Shown here: positions 20,802 to 32,364 of the stretch, one piece after another
Position numbering within the stretch: position 1 is the first letter of the stretch
How the letters are laid out: every line of letters begins with the position of its first letter
Assembly (NCBI GenBank): GCA_965637545.1
Contig: OZ281497.1
Coordinates: 25,668,001 to 25,732,000 of the forward strand
DNA length: 64,000 nt
From: Phallusia mammillata
Taxonomy: Eukaryota
Direction: 5' to 3'
Translations under genes and position numbers: made by a program
Notes under the pieces: generated by a model
What the model saw: only the letters and a program-made list of their open reading frames with translations
Databases searched by the model: none
Told to the model about the DNA's origin: nothing

Positions 20802-23800
20802 ATGGACATGTAAGTAACGTTTGATTTAGTCACTGGCAACTTAAACAAAAGTCTCATCTGTTTTTGCACGGGTTTTAGTATTTCAACTTTCAAGGAAACA
20901 TTTTTTTTTGTTTAGATCGTTACAAATAGAAGAAGCCAAACTTATTCTCGAAAACTCTGACACCAAATCCGCATGGTCCGAAGAAAAGGAAAACGATTTA
21001 CTTGTATGTTTGAGAACTCTTCGTGGTTTATGTGTCAATTCCAAGTCTAATCAGGACCAAATCCGGTACAAATTGTGTAAGCTCATACAAATAGGGCACA
21101 TTTGAAAGCTTTATCACTTGTACTTGTGTTGAAGAATTCACCAGATTAACTATAATTTATGCTTGATCACAATGTATCAAATGCTCTTTTTTCCAACCTT
21201 TATAATGCAACATCCTGAAACCCTAAATACAACAATAGCTGAATGAACAAAACTCATTAAGCATCCAAATCAACCAATTCAATGTAGACTTTACAAATCA
21301 TAATAATGTATGATCATTTTTTAACTAAATTTTGTGATGACTATTTAGAGACCACCATATTCCTCAACTGGTTACCAGGTTACTAAAACAATGGCTTGAA
21401 GACTGGAATCAAAAGTATTACAAATGTAGGCATGTTGTTCTTAATTTTGTAGTGTTCTTGTTTAATTTTTTTATTGTTGATTGTTGTTTAACAGGTGTTG
21501 TCTGTGCAACCCAGTTTCTAGGAAACCTTGTTGCAAGTAACTCAAAATCACAGATCGTTGTTTGGAATCTAATCTGTCCTGATATTGTAAGGTATGTGAG
21601 TTAAGTTGAGTTTATTTTCCTGGGTAACAGAAAACATAAACAACCACCAAACCTAAATAGTTACATAACATAAAAAAACATTATTGAGTGCAAAACAAAT
21701 GGAGGGTGTGATTGGTGGGTGAGTGCTAAACACAATTGTAGCTCACCAGTCTGCAGAACATGGCAGTTCCTGACGAGATCTTGGGTGTACAGGGCCAACA
21801 TGTCCCGCATGAGTGTGTATAAGACCAATTTCAACAGGCACCAACCAAGCAATGAAGGTCAAGGCAGGACAATTAAATACTTTTGGTGCAAAATGTCTGT
21901 GTGCAAAATTTTTTTTCCAAAAAAATGTATATATGTGTAGCTGCCTTACTCTGCAGACTAGGTGGCTACACTGTCAGTATACATCTCTTTTGTCAATATT
22001 AAATTTTTAAATTTAAATAAACCATTTCTTTCAGTCATCTTCTAAAACTGAGGGACCCAAAAATCTGTGAAATATCATCAATGATTGTTTACAACTGTCT
22101 GCAATCCTGTGAAACTTCTCTTCCCTGTTTCATTGACAATTTCTCAGACAGTTTTCTGCCACTTCTGTGTGATAGTTTAACAATTGTAAAGGACCAAGAC
22201 TGGATGTGAGTACATAAATTTAAATAGTTGATTTTTGTTAAGTCTGCCATAATACATTTGTTTGTTTACTAGTACAGTTTTTCCGCTTTATTCATTTTTA
22301 CTGATGATGACAATTAATTTTGTAGAAATGCTTGCTCAATAAAATGTCTGCAATTTATTCTACATTGCTGGCAATTTTGTATTTAGTTAACAACAGTTTT
22401 TTGTGTTTTAGTGTGCTGAAATCCACCTCTAAAAGATTAATTTCTTGCAATACTTTTACCTGTGATTATTGTCAAATTATTTTTGACAGGTTTTACTTCC
22501 TTAAGTAATGTTTAGTTACTTTTTTTGTTTTTGCCATTAGAATCCTCTGCATCAGTGAGCACTTTCTATCCATTGAAACATTTCTTCCTATTATATTTAC
22601 TTATGGGTCTTCCAACTGCAGGTATAACTTTGGTTTCATATCAGAAATACCAGCATGTAGACAAAAATCCTCAAATTTTTCATCGCCTATAGGTGCAATG
22701 TGTTGGATGTTCTAATCCACTCCTTAGATGAGGAAACACCTGACCATGTTTTGGATTTTATGACCAAACAATTTCAAGTTCAATCTGACTTGATTGCTCT
22801 TTCAGAAAGCCCCGAAACTTTGGCAAGTGATTTGTATACACCATTGAAGTAAATTCCTTATTGGTTTATCATTAAAGGCATGGTACCAACTCAAGCAGGT
22901 CTCCCGAGTATTTATCTTTGCTTTATTGGTTTATCTTTTTTTTTAATGTTTTGATTTTCTGTAGGACAATGCTGTGTTAACTGTAAAGGTGTTGGAGTTT
23001 TTATGTGTGGCAAGTTCTAGAGATGGACATGACAGAAAATTTCTGGCTGATGGAAATCTGCTTTCTACAGTCGTTGGTAAATTACTTACATGCTGTGGTA
23101 TTAAAAGAAAATAGCCAACAATTTGCGAGTGACACATCATGCACTTCAGCTTCTGTTTTGTTAAAGGGGTTGTTGCACGTTGTTGGGTTAATGTTATTTT
23201 TCAATTTAGCAAAAAGTCAAAAATAGAATTCTTCATGTTTATCCATTGCATATTGATTAAATAACAAAGTATGAATTTCCATGTGACTTTTTGTCTTTAG
23301 TATACCGTATTTATTTGATTGTAAGCACAGCCTTTAAGTTTTTACCCTCCTGCTTGCAGCTTACAATTGAGGGTGGCTTACATTGGAATTTTACGCCGAT
23401 GTTATTTCCACACCCGTGCTTTTTAATACATATGCATTTAAAATTCCTTTTGCATTTTGGCTTCACGCTCTGCTGGGAACAATTGTTAGCTTTGTTAATA
23501 ATTGTTGACAAATGGTTGAACTACATAGAAAGAAGTGTTATAAAACAATCATGTCTAACATTACAAAGTGCGGCTTATAATCGAGTAAATACCTTAGTGC
23601 TCATCTTATAAATTGCGACCATGTTAATTCGGTAGAAAAGTCGTAACAGTAAGATGATTGTTGCAGGTGTGCTCCGAAAAGTAACAGCTGCTGGCAAATC
23701 AGAGACCTCTGGAGAATTCGGACTTTCCCAAATTCGATCGCCGCCAGTGGGCAGTGTAGAGCTGTCCGATAATCCAGTTGCAGGATTTAAAAGCTCCTTA

Positions 23801-26800
23801 ATTCGAGTGATTGGAAACCTCTGTTATCGTTGTCCAGAAAACCAAACAAAAGTAAGTCTGTTTGCTTCGTATCGATCCCTTTCTAACAGGATTTGTTTTG
23901 GGTCTTGACTTAAAAGTTGAATGTCATCATTTTGTCTGTATTTTTTGTTTGGGATGACTAGACACGAAGTATGGCTTGATCGAAACCAAAATCAGCCAGA
24001 GGTCTTGTTTTGCCGGGGTGCACAACCTGCGGCCATACGGCTACATGCGGCCGCAGAGACGAGTTTATGCGTCCGTGAACATGCTTATTTTTATTGACCA
24101 TCCACAAATAAGCGAAAATATTTTACCTGCAATTTGAAAATGAGCATCTCATTTAGGGCCATGCCTACTGCAATCCACTCACAGACTGTATGCAGAAAGC
24201 GTTCGCGCGCCACGGTTTGGTGTACATTGTTGTGCAGTCGTTGCAATGATCTCCTTTTTCATCATTTATCTGCTTAAAACATGTAAAATTTACAAGTTAA
24301 CTTGGAGGCAAGTACGATGTGCGTGCAGTTTTGTTTTTAGTGATGTTTGCCAAAAACCAAAAGGTCTTTGCAAGTTTTCAAGTTGTTGTTGTACTTCCTC
24401 CTTCCTTTCTTATATGTATCACTACCCTGTTTGTGTTACGGGCGCAAGAATATGTCATTACGTCATCTACATAATTGTATACAGGCGCGAGTCTAAAATC
24501 GAGAGTGATCGCTTGCTTCCGCCCGTCATCCAACGTAAAAACCCGATTTCTCACTAAGCAAGTAGCAGCAAGACAGTCTGGACCTAAGATCAAATTTTAA
24601 AGCGGCTCGTATAGTTCCTTTAGGCGTTGACAATTAGGCCCTTCATTGGCTTTTAAAAACACGCGAAAATGTATTTGTTGACATGAAAAATGCGTTAAGC
24701 CTGTGTGTCCGTTGAAAGATGCACTTCTTAGTTTGTTTTTTGTTCTGTAACAATTGTTTCCTTGCATGAGGGGTTTGTGATGTAAGTTAAGTACACGCAT
24801 TAAACATCTGCTTAAACATGGTATGAGAAATAAAAATTGTAAAAGACGTTTGCTTTTAAGCTTTATGTTGCACGCCGCTACCCCAACGCATAGAAAACTA
24901 TAAAACTTACTATAATAAGGTAGTTTGTACCACTCAAATGGCATAACTGTGTAAGTGCTTATAACGCTTCCCAACCTTTTTGGGGCCGTGACCCCTTGAT
25001 AACGTTTGCCAAGTTGCGGTGACCCCCTAAAATTGACTGTATGTTTTCTCAACGGTAAAGCGGTCCATGAGTTTATTTTAGTACGGCTAGCGGTCCATGG
25101 CTTAAAACCAGTTGGGAACCATGTCTTAGGCGAGCCCAGGCCATTTTCAGGCTAACCCACTTGTGGTCGCGACCCACAGGTTGGGAACCGCTGCTTTATT
25201 CAAAAATCAAGCATTGCGTTGGATACTAGTTGAAGCTTGGTACAAAGTGTAGTTGGGTAATCACATGGCTCGACCCACCGTCATTGACGCTTGGTACAAA
25301 GTGATCTTTGGTATTGGTTAGGCTCGACCCACCCGTGATGCCATAGGATTTTAGTACAACCCAATTTAATGAAAACTTTGAGAACCTCAAACTCTTTAAT
25401 TTAATGTTGTTGGTTACATGTAATTTCCACACAACAGCGCTTTACATCGTTAAAACCGCGTGGGGGTTTGCTTAGTCAAGTGGGAAGTGGCCCACCAGCG
25501 TTTCCTTGATCTCTCGAAACCGTCGATTCGATTTTGCACGGCCGAAATACCCAGAACACATAACATCCAGTCGCTGGGACAATGCACCAGTCGATAGTGT
25601 TTACTAAACATAGTCGGATGTTTGCTAGTTGATGAATTGTTGACATCCACTAATGAGAGAGGTGGGCTTCCGTGTGCGCTTTGTAACCCCCGCACACGGT
25701 GACTGCGCTTATCTTTGTGTTGTTCATTATTTACCACTGGCGCGGGCGTTGAGCATGTTTACGGAAGTCCCACTTGCACTAAACTGCTTGCAGCACCAAT
25801 AGTGTTTGAGTTTTTTGTTTAACTTTTTGTTGCAAACCTGCAATTTCGGATTGAAGACCACGCCCAAATCATGTACTGATTTTCCATGTAGTTCAAAAAC
25901 AGGCCAAAAATAGTGCATATTCTTGTATGTGCGAAAATATCGTATGTGATATAACTCTTCTGCTCACAAGATAGATAATCAGATTTGTTAAAATACTGAA
26001 AAAAAGTAGTTTGGATTTTACCTTTTAATATAGATAATTTTGGAAGTATAAGTTTTCCCATTTTGTTGCCATTGCTCTACGTCAGTGGTTCTCAAACTTT
26101 TTTTCTTGCGACGCCCCTGGAAAAGTTTTCTGGACTTGTGACGCACCAGCAAACAAAAGTTAACAAGGAAACTTATTATTAAAGCTGTGTTTAATGATAC
26201 AACAACAAAAAGTCGCGAAACGGAACTATTCTGCGACGCCCTTGGAAAATTGAAACGACGCACCAGGGCGTCGCGACGCACAGTTTGAGAACTACTGCTC
26301 TACGTTGTAATGCCTAACAAGTTACATTAAACTTGATTTTCAGACTTTATGTAACTTTTTTGTGATAACTTAAACACCTAGTGTATAACACGTGTATCGA
26401 AACTAAGAAATAGTATTGCCCCCCTCCCCCCTAAAAATGATATTACTGCAACAGATCGTGTGTTTTTTTCATTTTCGCATTCGCGATTCAAACAGGATTT
26501 GAGATGTTACGCAGCATGTACAACAGCGGTGCACTACGTTGCATGCGTTGATACCGCTTGTGCAAGCGCCTTTGTTTTTCCCGAAATAAGTAGACCATTT
26601 CAAAAACTTTAGTGTTTACAAATTATCACACAGGCTTTGTAAACAGATTTTATGACACACGAGCCAATTTCCCTAATTTTCTACGTATCAAATCGACACT
26701 ATAGGCATCAAAACGACCCATTAGACTCTGATAGCATGCCTAAACTACTGCACCATGTCACACAAAATCGCTGTGTTTTTTTCAGCTTTAATAACCCTTT

Positions 26801-29800
26801 CAAAATCAGTCATAAAATTCGGATTGTACATCAGTTAATGATAAATACTTGCTCTCTTTATATAACAAGATATGGATGGACGTTTATGGCAATGAACTAT
26901 ATGTTTTCCTTTATTGGTTTGCACACAGGTTTGTTTACTGTAAAATGATATTGAAAATTTGGTTGCTTCGTTGTGTCTGTCCTTATGTTGTTGTTGACAA
27001 GTAACCAGTTAGGTCACACTTATGTTACATGTTGTATTCATCAAACAGTAGTATGCAGGGAAGGTATACCGTCGCCTTGAAAATCTGTCCTTTGTGATTT
27101 AATTAAACATGTAAAATGTAGTTTGCATATAATGGTGGGCTGAACATTCAAAACGCGTTGTAAGCCACAAGGAAATACCTACACGTTATGCGGAACTGTC
27201 GAGTTTAAAAATCCCCTGCAAGGCGCCATGCTTTAGTTCTCATTTTAGATCCCCATCTCATTGTGTATAATCCCTCAGCTACAGCATAACGTCATTCTTT
27301 ACGGGCGTTTGTTTTGGTTGTTTTCGTGAATTGCAAAACCCACCTCACGCCCGACGGCAGTGCAGGTTGTTAAGCATAAGCGGGTACAGCTCTTCCGGTA
27401 CGCCCTGCGCATAAAGACTAGCATCCTTCTAGAGTCGGGCTCATTGTACTTGGATTGCCACCGTGGTGTGTTAGAGCTTGTTGAGAACGTCCTAGCGGTT
27501 TTAGGGGTTGCTTAACGTGCGCTGGTATTTAGCAAGTAAAGTTTTATTACACAAGAAACCTGTGTAGCGCATCTGGGTCGACACACGTATGGCGTGTGTA
27601 ATAGGAAACAATTAAAACTCATCAAACTGCTCGTTTTCGACGGTCTTAGTCACGCTCGCCAGGCGACAGTACAAACACCCTTCAAAACAACCCTAACCAG
27701 CTCAGTAGTTGTGTTTCAAACGTTACAATTCAGCCGCTGATGCATCTCGGCTTGAGATCACAAAAGCTTGAGAGAGGCTTGTTTGTAAATTTTCAATCTC
27801 ATTTAGATTTGGCCGCGGAGGTGGGGGCGCATTGTTAGGCAGCATACGCTTCCTCGTTTCCATCCTGTTTCGTCGCACGTTTCTTTATCTATCAGCTATA
27901 TGCGCGTCTGCCTCGCTCGATTATATGAGAGTTCCATGCGCCGGAGAAGTTCCTTATGGCCTACTGGAAAGCGCACGACGCTTTATAGACTTTATGGAAC
28001 GCTATGTGTTAGACTAGACACGCTATGTAATCGCTGGTAATTCGTGTTGATCAAGTTGGAATTGGTATCAGTAGTTGTGTACGTACGGGTTGCCATAGAA
28101 CTTGCTTTTGTGAAGCAATTTTGGGGCATGTTACTGCTTTGGTAATAATTTAAACTTAAAAATGCCTTTACAGTGGGTAAATAGCAGTTTAGAATGTCGT
28201 TTAGATGCTTATCTACTTGAGCACGTTGCGCAATAAAACCAGTTGTATTTTGGTTTAGTAGTTGTATTGGTTTAGTACAGTGGGGAGTGTTACATAACAG
28301 AACGTGATGAAGTCGTTTAGTTGTTTTTCGGCGAGATCACTGTGCTACAGCGTGGGCTTGGCGATTGTAGCACAAACATAAACCGGCATGTTTGCTACTA
28401 TCACCAAGATCGGCGCTGTTATGTCTGCTCTGCCTCGCCTGTAGTCTTGAATACGAGTGAGTTTAGTGAACTCCAAACGCGTTACGATTCTCTTGTCTTG
28501 TATGGCATATGACTTTTACGGTATGTGTTTTTTTGGTTGTGTAATAAGTTGCCAATGTTTTGTATTGTTTTAATGTTCTTTTGTGTTTGTCTTAAAGGTG
28601 CGTGAACTCGGAGGAATCGGGCTGGTTTTGGAGCACTTCAACCTGGACGACAATAATCCTTGTATCCTTTTTGGCTTAACTTTTAATTGAGAAACAATCG
28701 TTCAAAGTAAGCCGCAGTTTTTCTCCTATCGTTAATTTTTTTTAAACTGTTAATTGTGCCTACGTGGCCTTAATAACTAGATTTTTAATACGGTGATATG
28801 CTCTGGTGTAGGGTTAAAATTATACATACTAAGTCCACATCTAGTAGATTTTGCCACTTTAATTTAAAAAAACGCGCCTTGCCTAAGCTCTAGCGCTGCA
28901 TGCGAGCCAACCCACGTATGAAGTAACTTCCTTCTTGCTTGCTTAATTACTTTGCCTGTGTCAGTCGTATTGCCTTATTGAGCTTTAAGATAGCACGTTC
29001 TCATTGTAAATAGGATTGGTTGTTAAATGGTTTAAAATTGAAACACGCACTGTTTCAAATATGTTAACTGCTAAGTGACATACGAACGGGTATAGAAAAC
29101 AATTTCACGTTTTAAGTATTGTTTTATAAAGTCAAATTGGGTTGACTTTAAACTGTAAACGTCGTTTTCAATACAAGCCCTTTATCCAAACCAGGTTGTC
29201 ACTTAAGGTAATAGTAGCGATTCCTAATTGATTTGGAATACAAATATCGTATTGCAAAGACATTCGTGTTACCCATCAAAGATCATAGAATCGGCTCATT
29301 GACTTGAAACCATTTCTGTCGGTCTAATTCAATCAGCAGTGAAGATTACTTTGAGCGGTTGTCAATTATTCCCTCATTTCGATTAGAGGCATCTTAATCT
29401 CCCGGTGCTTAGCTCGCCAGCTGGCAGCACGCCAGATATTGTGCAACGGGCAAAACTAGAGACACGCGACCGCAGACCCTGTTTGCAAACACATTTAATC
29501 TCAGTCTTTATAGGTTCACAGCCTTCCATGTGCAATGGTCTGTTAACAAAAGTGATTTCATTTTAGGGCTTAACTGTTACGGTTGTCACATGACGTCATG
29601 ATGCTACTGATGACGTAAAAAGCAAAATCTCCAAGTTGTCACTAAAGTAGTTAAAATTACGAAACTGCATTGTGCTCACAACTTGCATTAGGTTTATGGA
29701 AAACATGTGTTTATTCTTAACTTACTTTCCTGTATATCTCAGTCATTCAACAGTGGTCGGTGCTTGCCATCAGAAATATATGCGAAGGAAACGTCGAAAA

Positions 29801-30213
29801 TCAGGTGAGAAAAAGTTTCACATAAAATCACAAAGAGCACATATTCGTAAAAGAAGTGTTATTTTTTGGAAACGTCTTTTTATTCAGAAAAAACATATCG
29901 ATGATGACAATAGCACTTGTCGAAACGTGTTTTACATTCAAATACTGGCTCTGATTTTTGCTCAGATTATTCAAAACCGTGAATAGTGTACCTACAAATA
30001 TTGATTATTAAAGTTATTGTTTATGCATTAGTAATAAACGGGCATGTTCACACAAGCTCCAAAATCATTAAACCACATTTACGTTTTGTTTATTTGCAGG
30101 AAGTCGTAACGGCTTACGAGCGCCTCACAGCGGCCGAGAGTCCGATTCTGCAAAGGCCAGGTGTCGCCCTTGAGTTGAAACCCCCGTCGGTGAACCCTGA
30201 ACCCTACACCTGA
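20802..30213 (+). CDS. ATXN10: Ataxin-10, complete, 12 coding exons, ~416 aa
   Basis: Exons 20802-20809, 20916-21065, 21349-21425, 21495-21591, 22035-22205, 22541-22621, 22693-22822, 22965-23076, 23667-23851, 28598-28661, 29743-29804, 30100-30213; sum 1251 nt = 417 codons. Diagnostic motifs QFLGNLVASN, GFKSSLIRVIGNLCYRCPENQTK|VRELGGIGLVLEHFNLDDNNP|FIQQWSVLAIRNICEGN. The first exon is the least certain; intron 7 is GC-AG and intron 10 is U12-type. Confidence 0.93.
22823..22964 (+). other. GC-AG intron, ATXN10 intron 7
   Basis: TTG|GCAAGT in phase 0 gives SPETL|DNAVLTVKVLEFLC (human EEPPDD|EEALATIRLLDVLC); the GT donor at 22849 is phase 2 and leads to a stop. Confidence 0.78.
24014..25193. mobile_element. 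Cluster of decayed or nested hAT-Charlie MITE ends in ATXN10 intron 9
   Basis: cggggtgcacaacctgcggcc at 24014; cttcccaacctttt at ~24967; gttgggaaccatg at ~25111-25123; ggttgggaaccgctg ending at 25193. No intact TSD; the span also includes unassigned DNA. Confidence 0.45.
25230..25337. repeat. Two-copy 54-bp tandem duplication
   Basis: ttga.gcttggtacaaagtg...ggctcgacccacc at 25230 and 25284. Confidence 0.7.
26083..26297. mobile_element. hAT-Charlie-type MITE, intact ends
   Basis: TIRs cagtggttctcaaact / agtttgagaactactg; perfect 8-bp TSD ctctacgt at 26075-26082 and 26298-26305. Confidence 0.9.
28662..29742 (+). other. U12-type (minor spliceosome) GT-AG intron, ATXN10 intron 10
   Basis: 5' site GTATCCTTT (28662-28670) matches the RTATCCTTT consensus; branch site TTCTTAAC at 29714-29721, AG at 29741-29742; joining restores NNP|FIQQW. 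Confidence 0.88.
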
Positions 30214-31095
30214 CGTCACATGGCAACCTTACGTTCCCCTCATCCACCCACAAGCCCCGCGGAGGTTTCAGTTGCCATGGGAACTGACTGCAGGCAGAAA
30301 GTGGACGCGATGTGTTGCTTTTGTAAATAACCTCTTCCCGTGTTTGAGGTCGTTTTGTGGTAAAATAAACAGACACATCCCGGCGTGTGTGTTGCAAATG
30401 TGCTTGGTCGCGCGGCCTCCGTAAAGACAGGAAATTACCTAATGCTGCTATGTATAGTGGGTTAAAGGTAAACAGTAAATCACTGCAAGACTCTGGGGCG
30501 TTAACTACACGGTTTACAGGAGTGGGGAAAATTTGACGAAACGCCTGTTCAGTATTTTCTGGGGAAAATTTGTCATATTTAATACACAAAAAAGCAAAGA
30601 TTAGATGACATGTTTATGCTTGATTTAATTGGTTATCAGGTTCTGAGTCAAAATTATAATCAAATCTTATTTCCTGTATATGGGTTATGATAAACTTTCT
30701 TTTTCGGGATTCGAACATACGGAATTAAAAGTATAAATCCCAATCCGTTTATCGTATCTGTATGTCAGGGGCGATAGTCTTACAGGGTTTTTTTTATTTC
30801 CCTAGGACACACGCGTTTGTAAACCCATATAATGTTGTTTATGTCCTGTCATGTTATTATTAACGTGGGTCAATACCTCAAAGCTGTTTACTGTCACCTA
30901 TCGGATGTTGTATGTTTCTGGAGGGGGGGAGGTCAGAGGTATTTGATCATAAAAATATAACATACTTTGCTTGAAGCACACAAACTCCAGATCTATTTAA
31001 TATGGTCAAAAAATACAATATTGACCATTTTGGACTAACCATATTTTGTGCTTTAATAGAAAGGAGCCCCAAAAGCAGTTTTTTGTATTTTTATG

Positions 31096-31300
31096 CAGGG
31101 TCGGCAACCTTTTTTTCGACTGCGGACTGTTTTTGAAACTGAAATTTTATCGCAGACCGGCCTTCAGAAAACTACAAATATTTAGCGATGAAAACGCATA
31201 AATTAGTTTATCATCCCCGGGATACATGGACAAAATGTTTCAAAGCATTTTACCTAAAAAGTATGCGGACCGGTAACAAACTCGCGGTTGCCGATCACTG
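31096..31300. mobile_element. hAT-Charlie-type MITE between ATXN10 and Wnt7
   Basis: TIRs cagggtcggcaacc / ggttgccgatcactg (one-base deletion on the left); right flank ctctaata fits the CTCTA target bias; left TSD lost. Confidence 0.65.
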
Positions 31301-32364
31301 CTCTAATACACCCGCATACAAAATAGGAACCCGCTGCTAGTTTTAACCCCAAATGACCATATGTAGCGAAAGCATTTGACTATGTAATATCGGACTATGT
31401 TGGAAACTGTCTCAAAGTACTCTACACATTGTGGTTTCAAACTAGTACGTGTACCGAGTGATTAAGGCTAAAGCAATTCATCTTGATTATCTAAACGATC
31501 TTGATTGCCTAAACCTGCTGCTGATAACGCACTTTGGCCTAAAGATCGGGCCTTTCCGAACAAATTGCTAAATTACCATTGTGGCTGTGGTTTGCATTCC
31601 TGTAACACTTGAATAATAAGACTTGCTGGGGTTGCGTTTTAGGTTGCGATCTTTGGCCCCTATTGCAGTGGATAAGAGAAAATTGACCCCAAATTTAATT
31701 TTCCGCATGTGTTAGCGCACGTTTTGCGAGCATAATTTTTCTGAGCGTAATTGAAAGAGGTTTAGATCATTGATGCTTCTTCAGAAGTCAAAAGGTGTTT
31801 TGGCATTTTTTGCTTTTATAGTATTTTTAGCCTGGTTTATTGGGAAAAAGTTTCCGTTTAGCTCCAACAATATCCTAACTTTTTTCTTGCCGTTTTTTCA
31901 AAATAAGGATTCGCGTTTTTTTATATTTATTCGGCGATATTTTCTGTACCATTCACGGTTTATACCGTTCGTATAAAAACATCAAAAACAGAGCGAAAAC
32001 AATAAAAAAGTGTAAACGTCTGATGAAGATAAAAATAACAATAAAAAATTCTTACAAATGCGGTTGCAAGAAATCGTAGATGCAACAACAAACTTATTGT
32101 TTTAAGTGTCGATTAAAATAAGAGCGATGTGAAAAAACTCAACAAGATAAATAGTAAAAGAGGGAATATTCGTCAAATTCAGAACCAAAGGCAACAAAGA
32201 AAGAGCCCATGCTGGACCGTTAAGTTCATCTGTAAACTTTCTCCGAACCACCAGGCGTACCAACCCCTGACGCTACGCCTCATTCTCGTGCAAGGCTGTA
32301 AACGCTCAGCCAAGTCGCCATTGCAAACACTGACGTCATCTTTACGTCATGTCGTCGTTGGTGA

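Noticed and set aside
23852-28597. ATTCT repeat homologous to the human SCA10 expansion
   Set aside because: No ATTCT array is visible in the orthologous intron.
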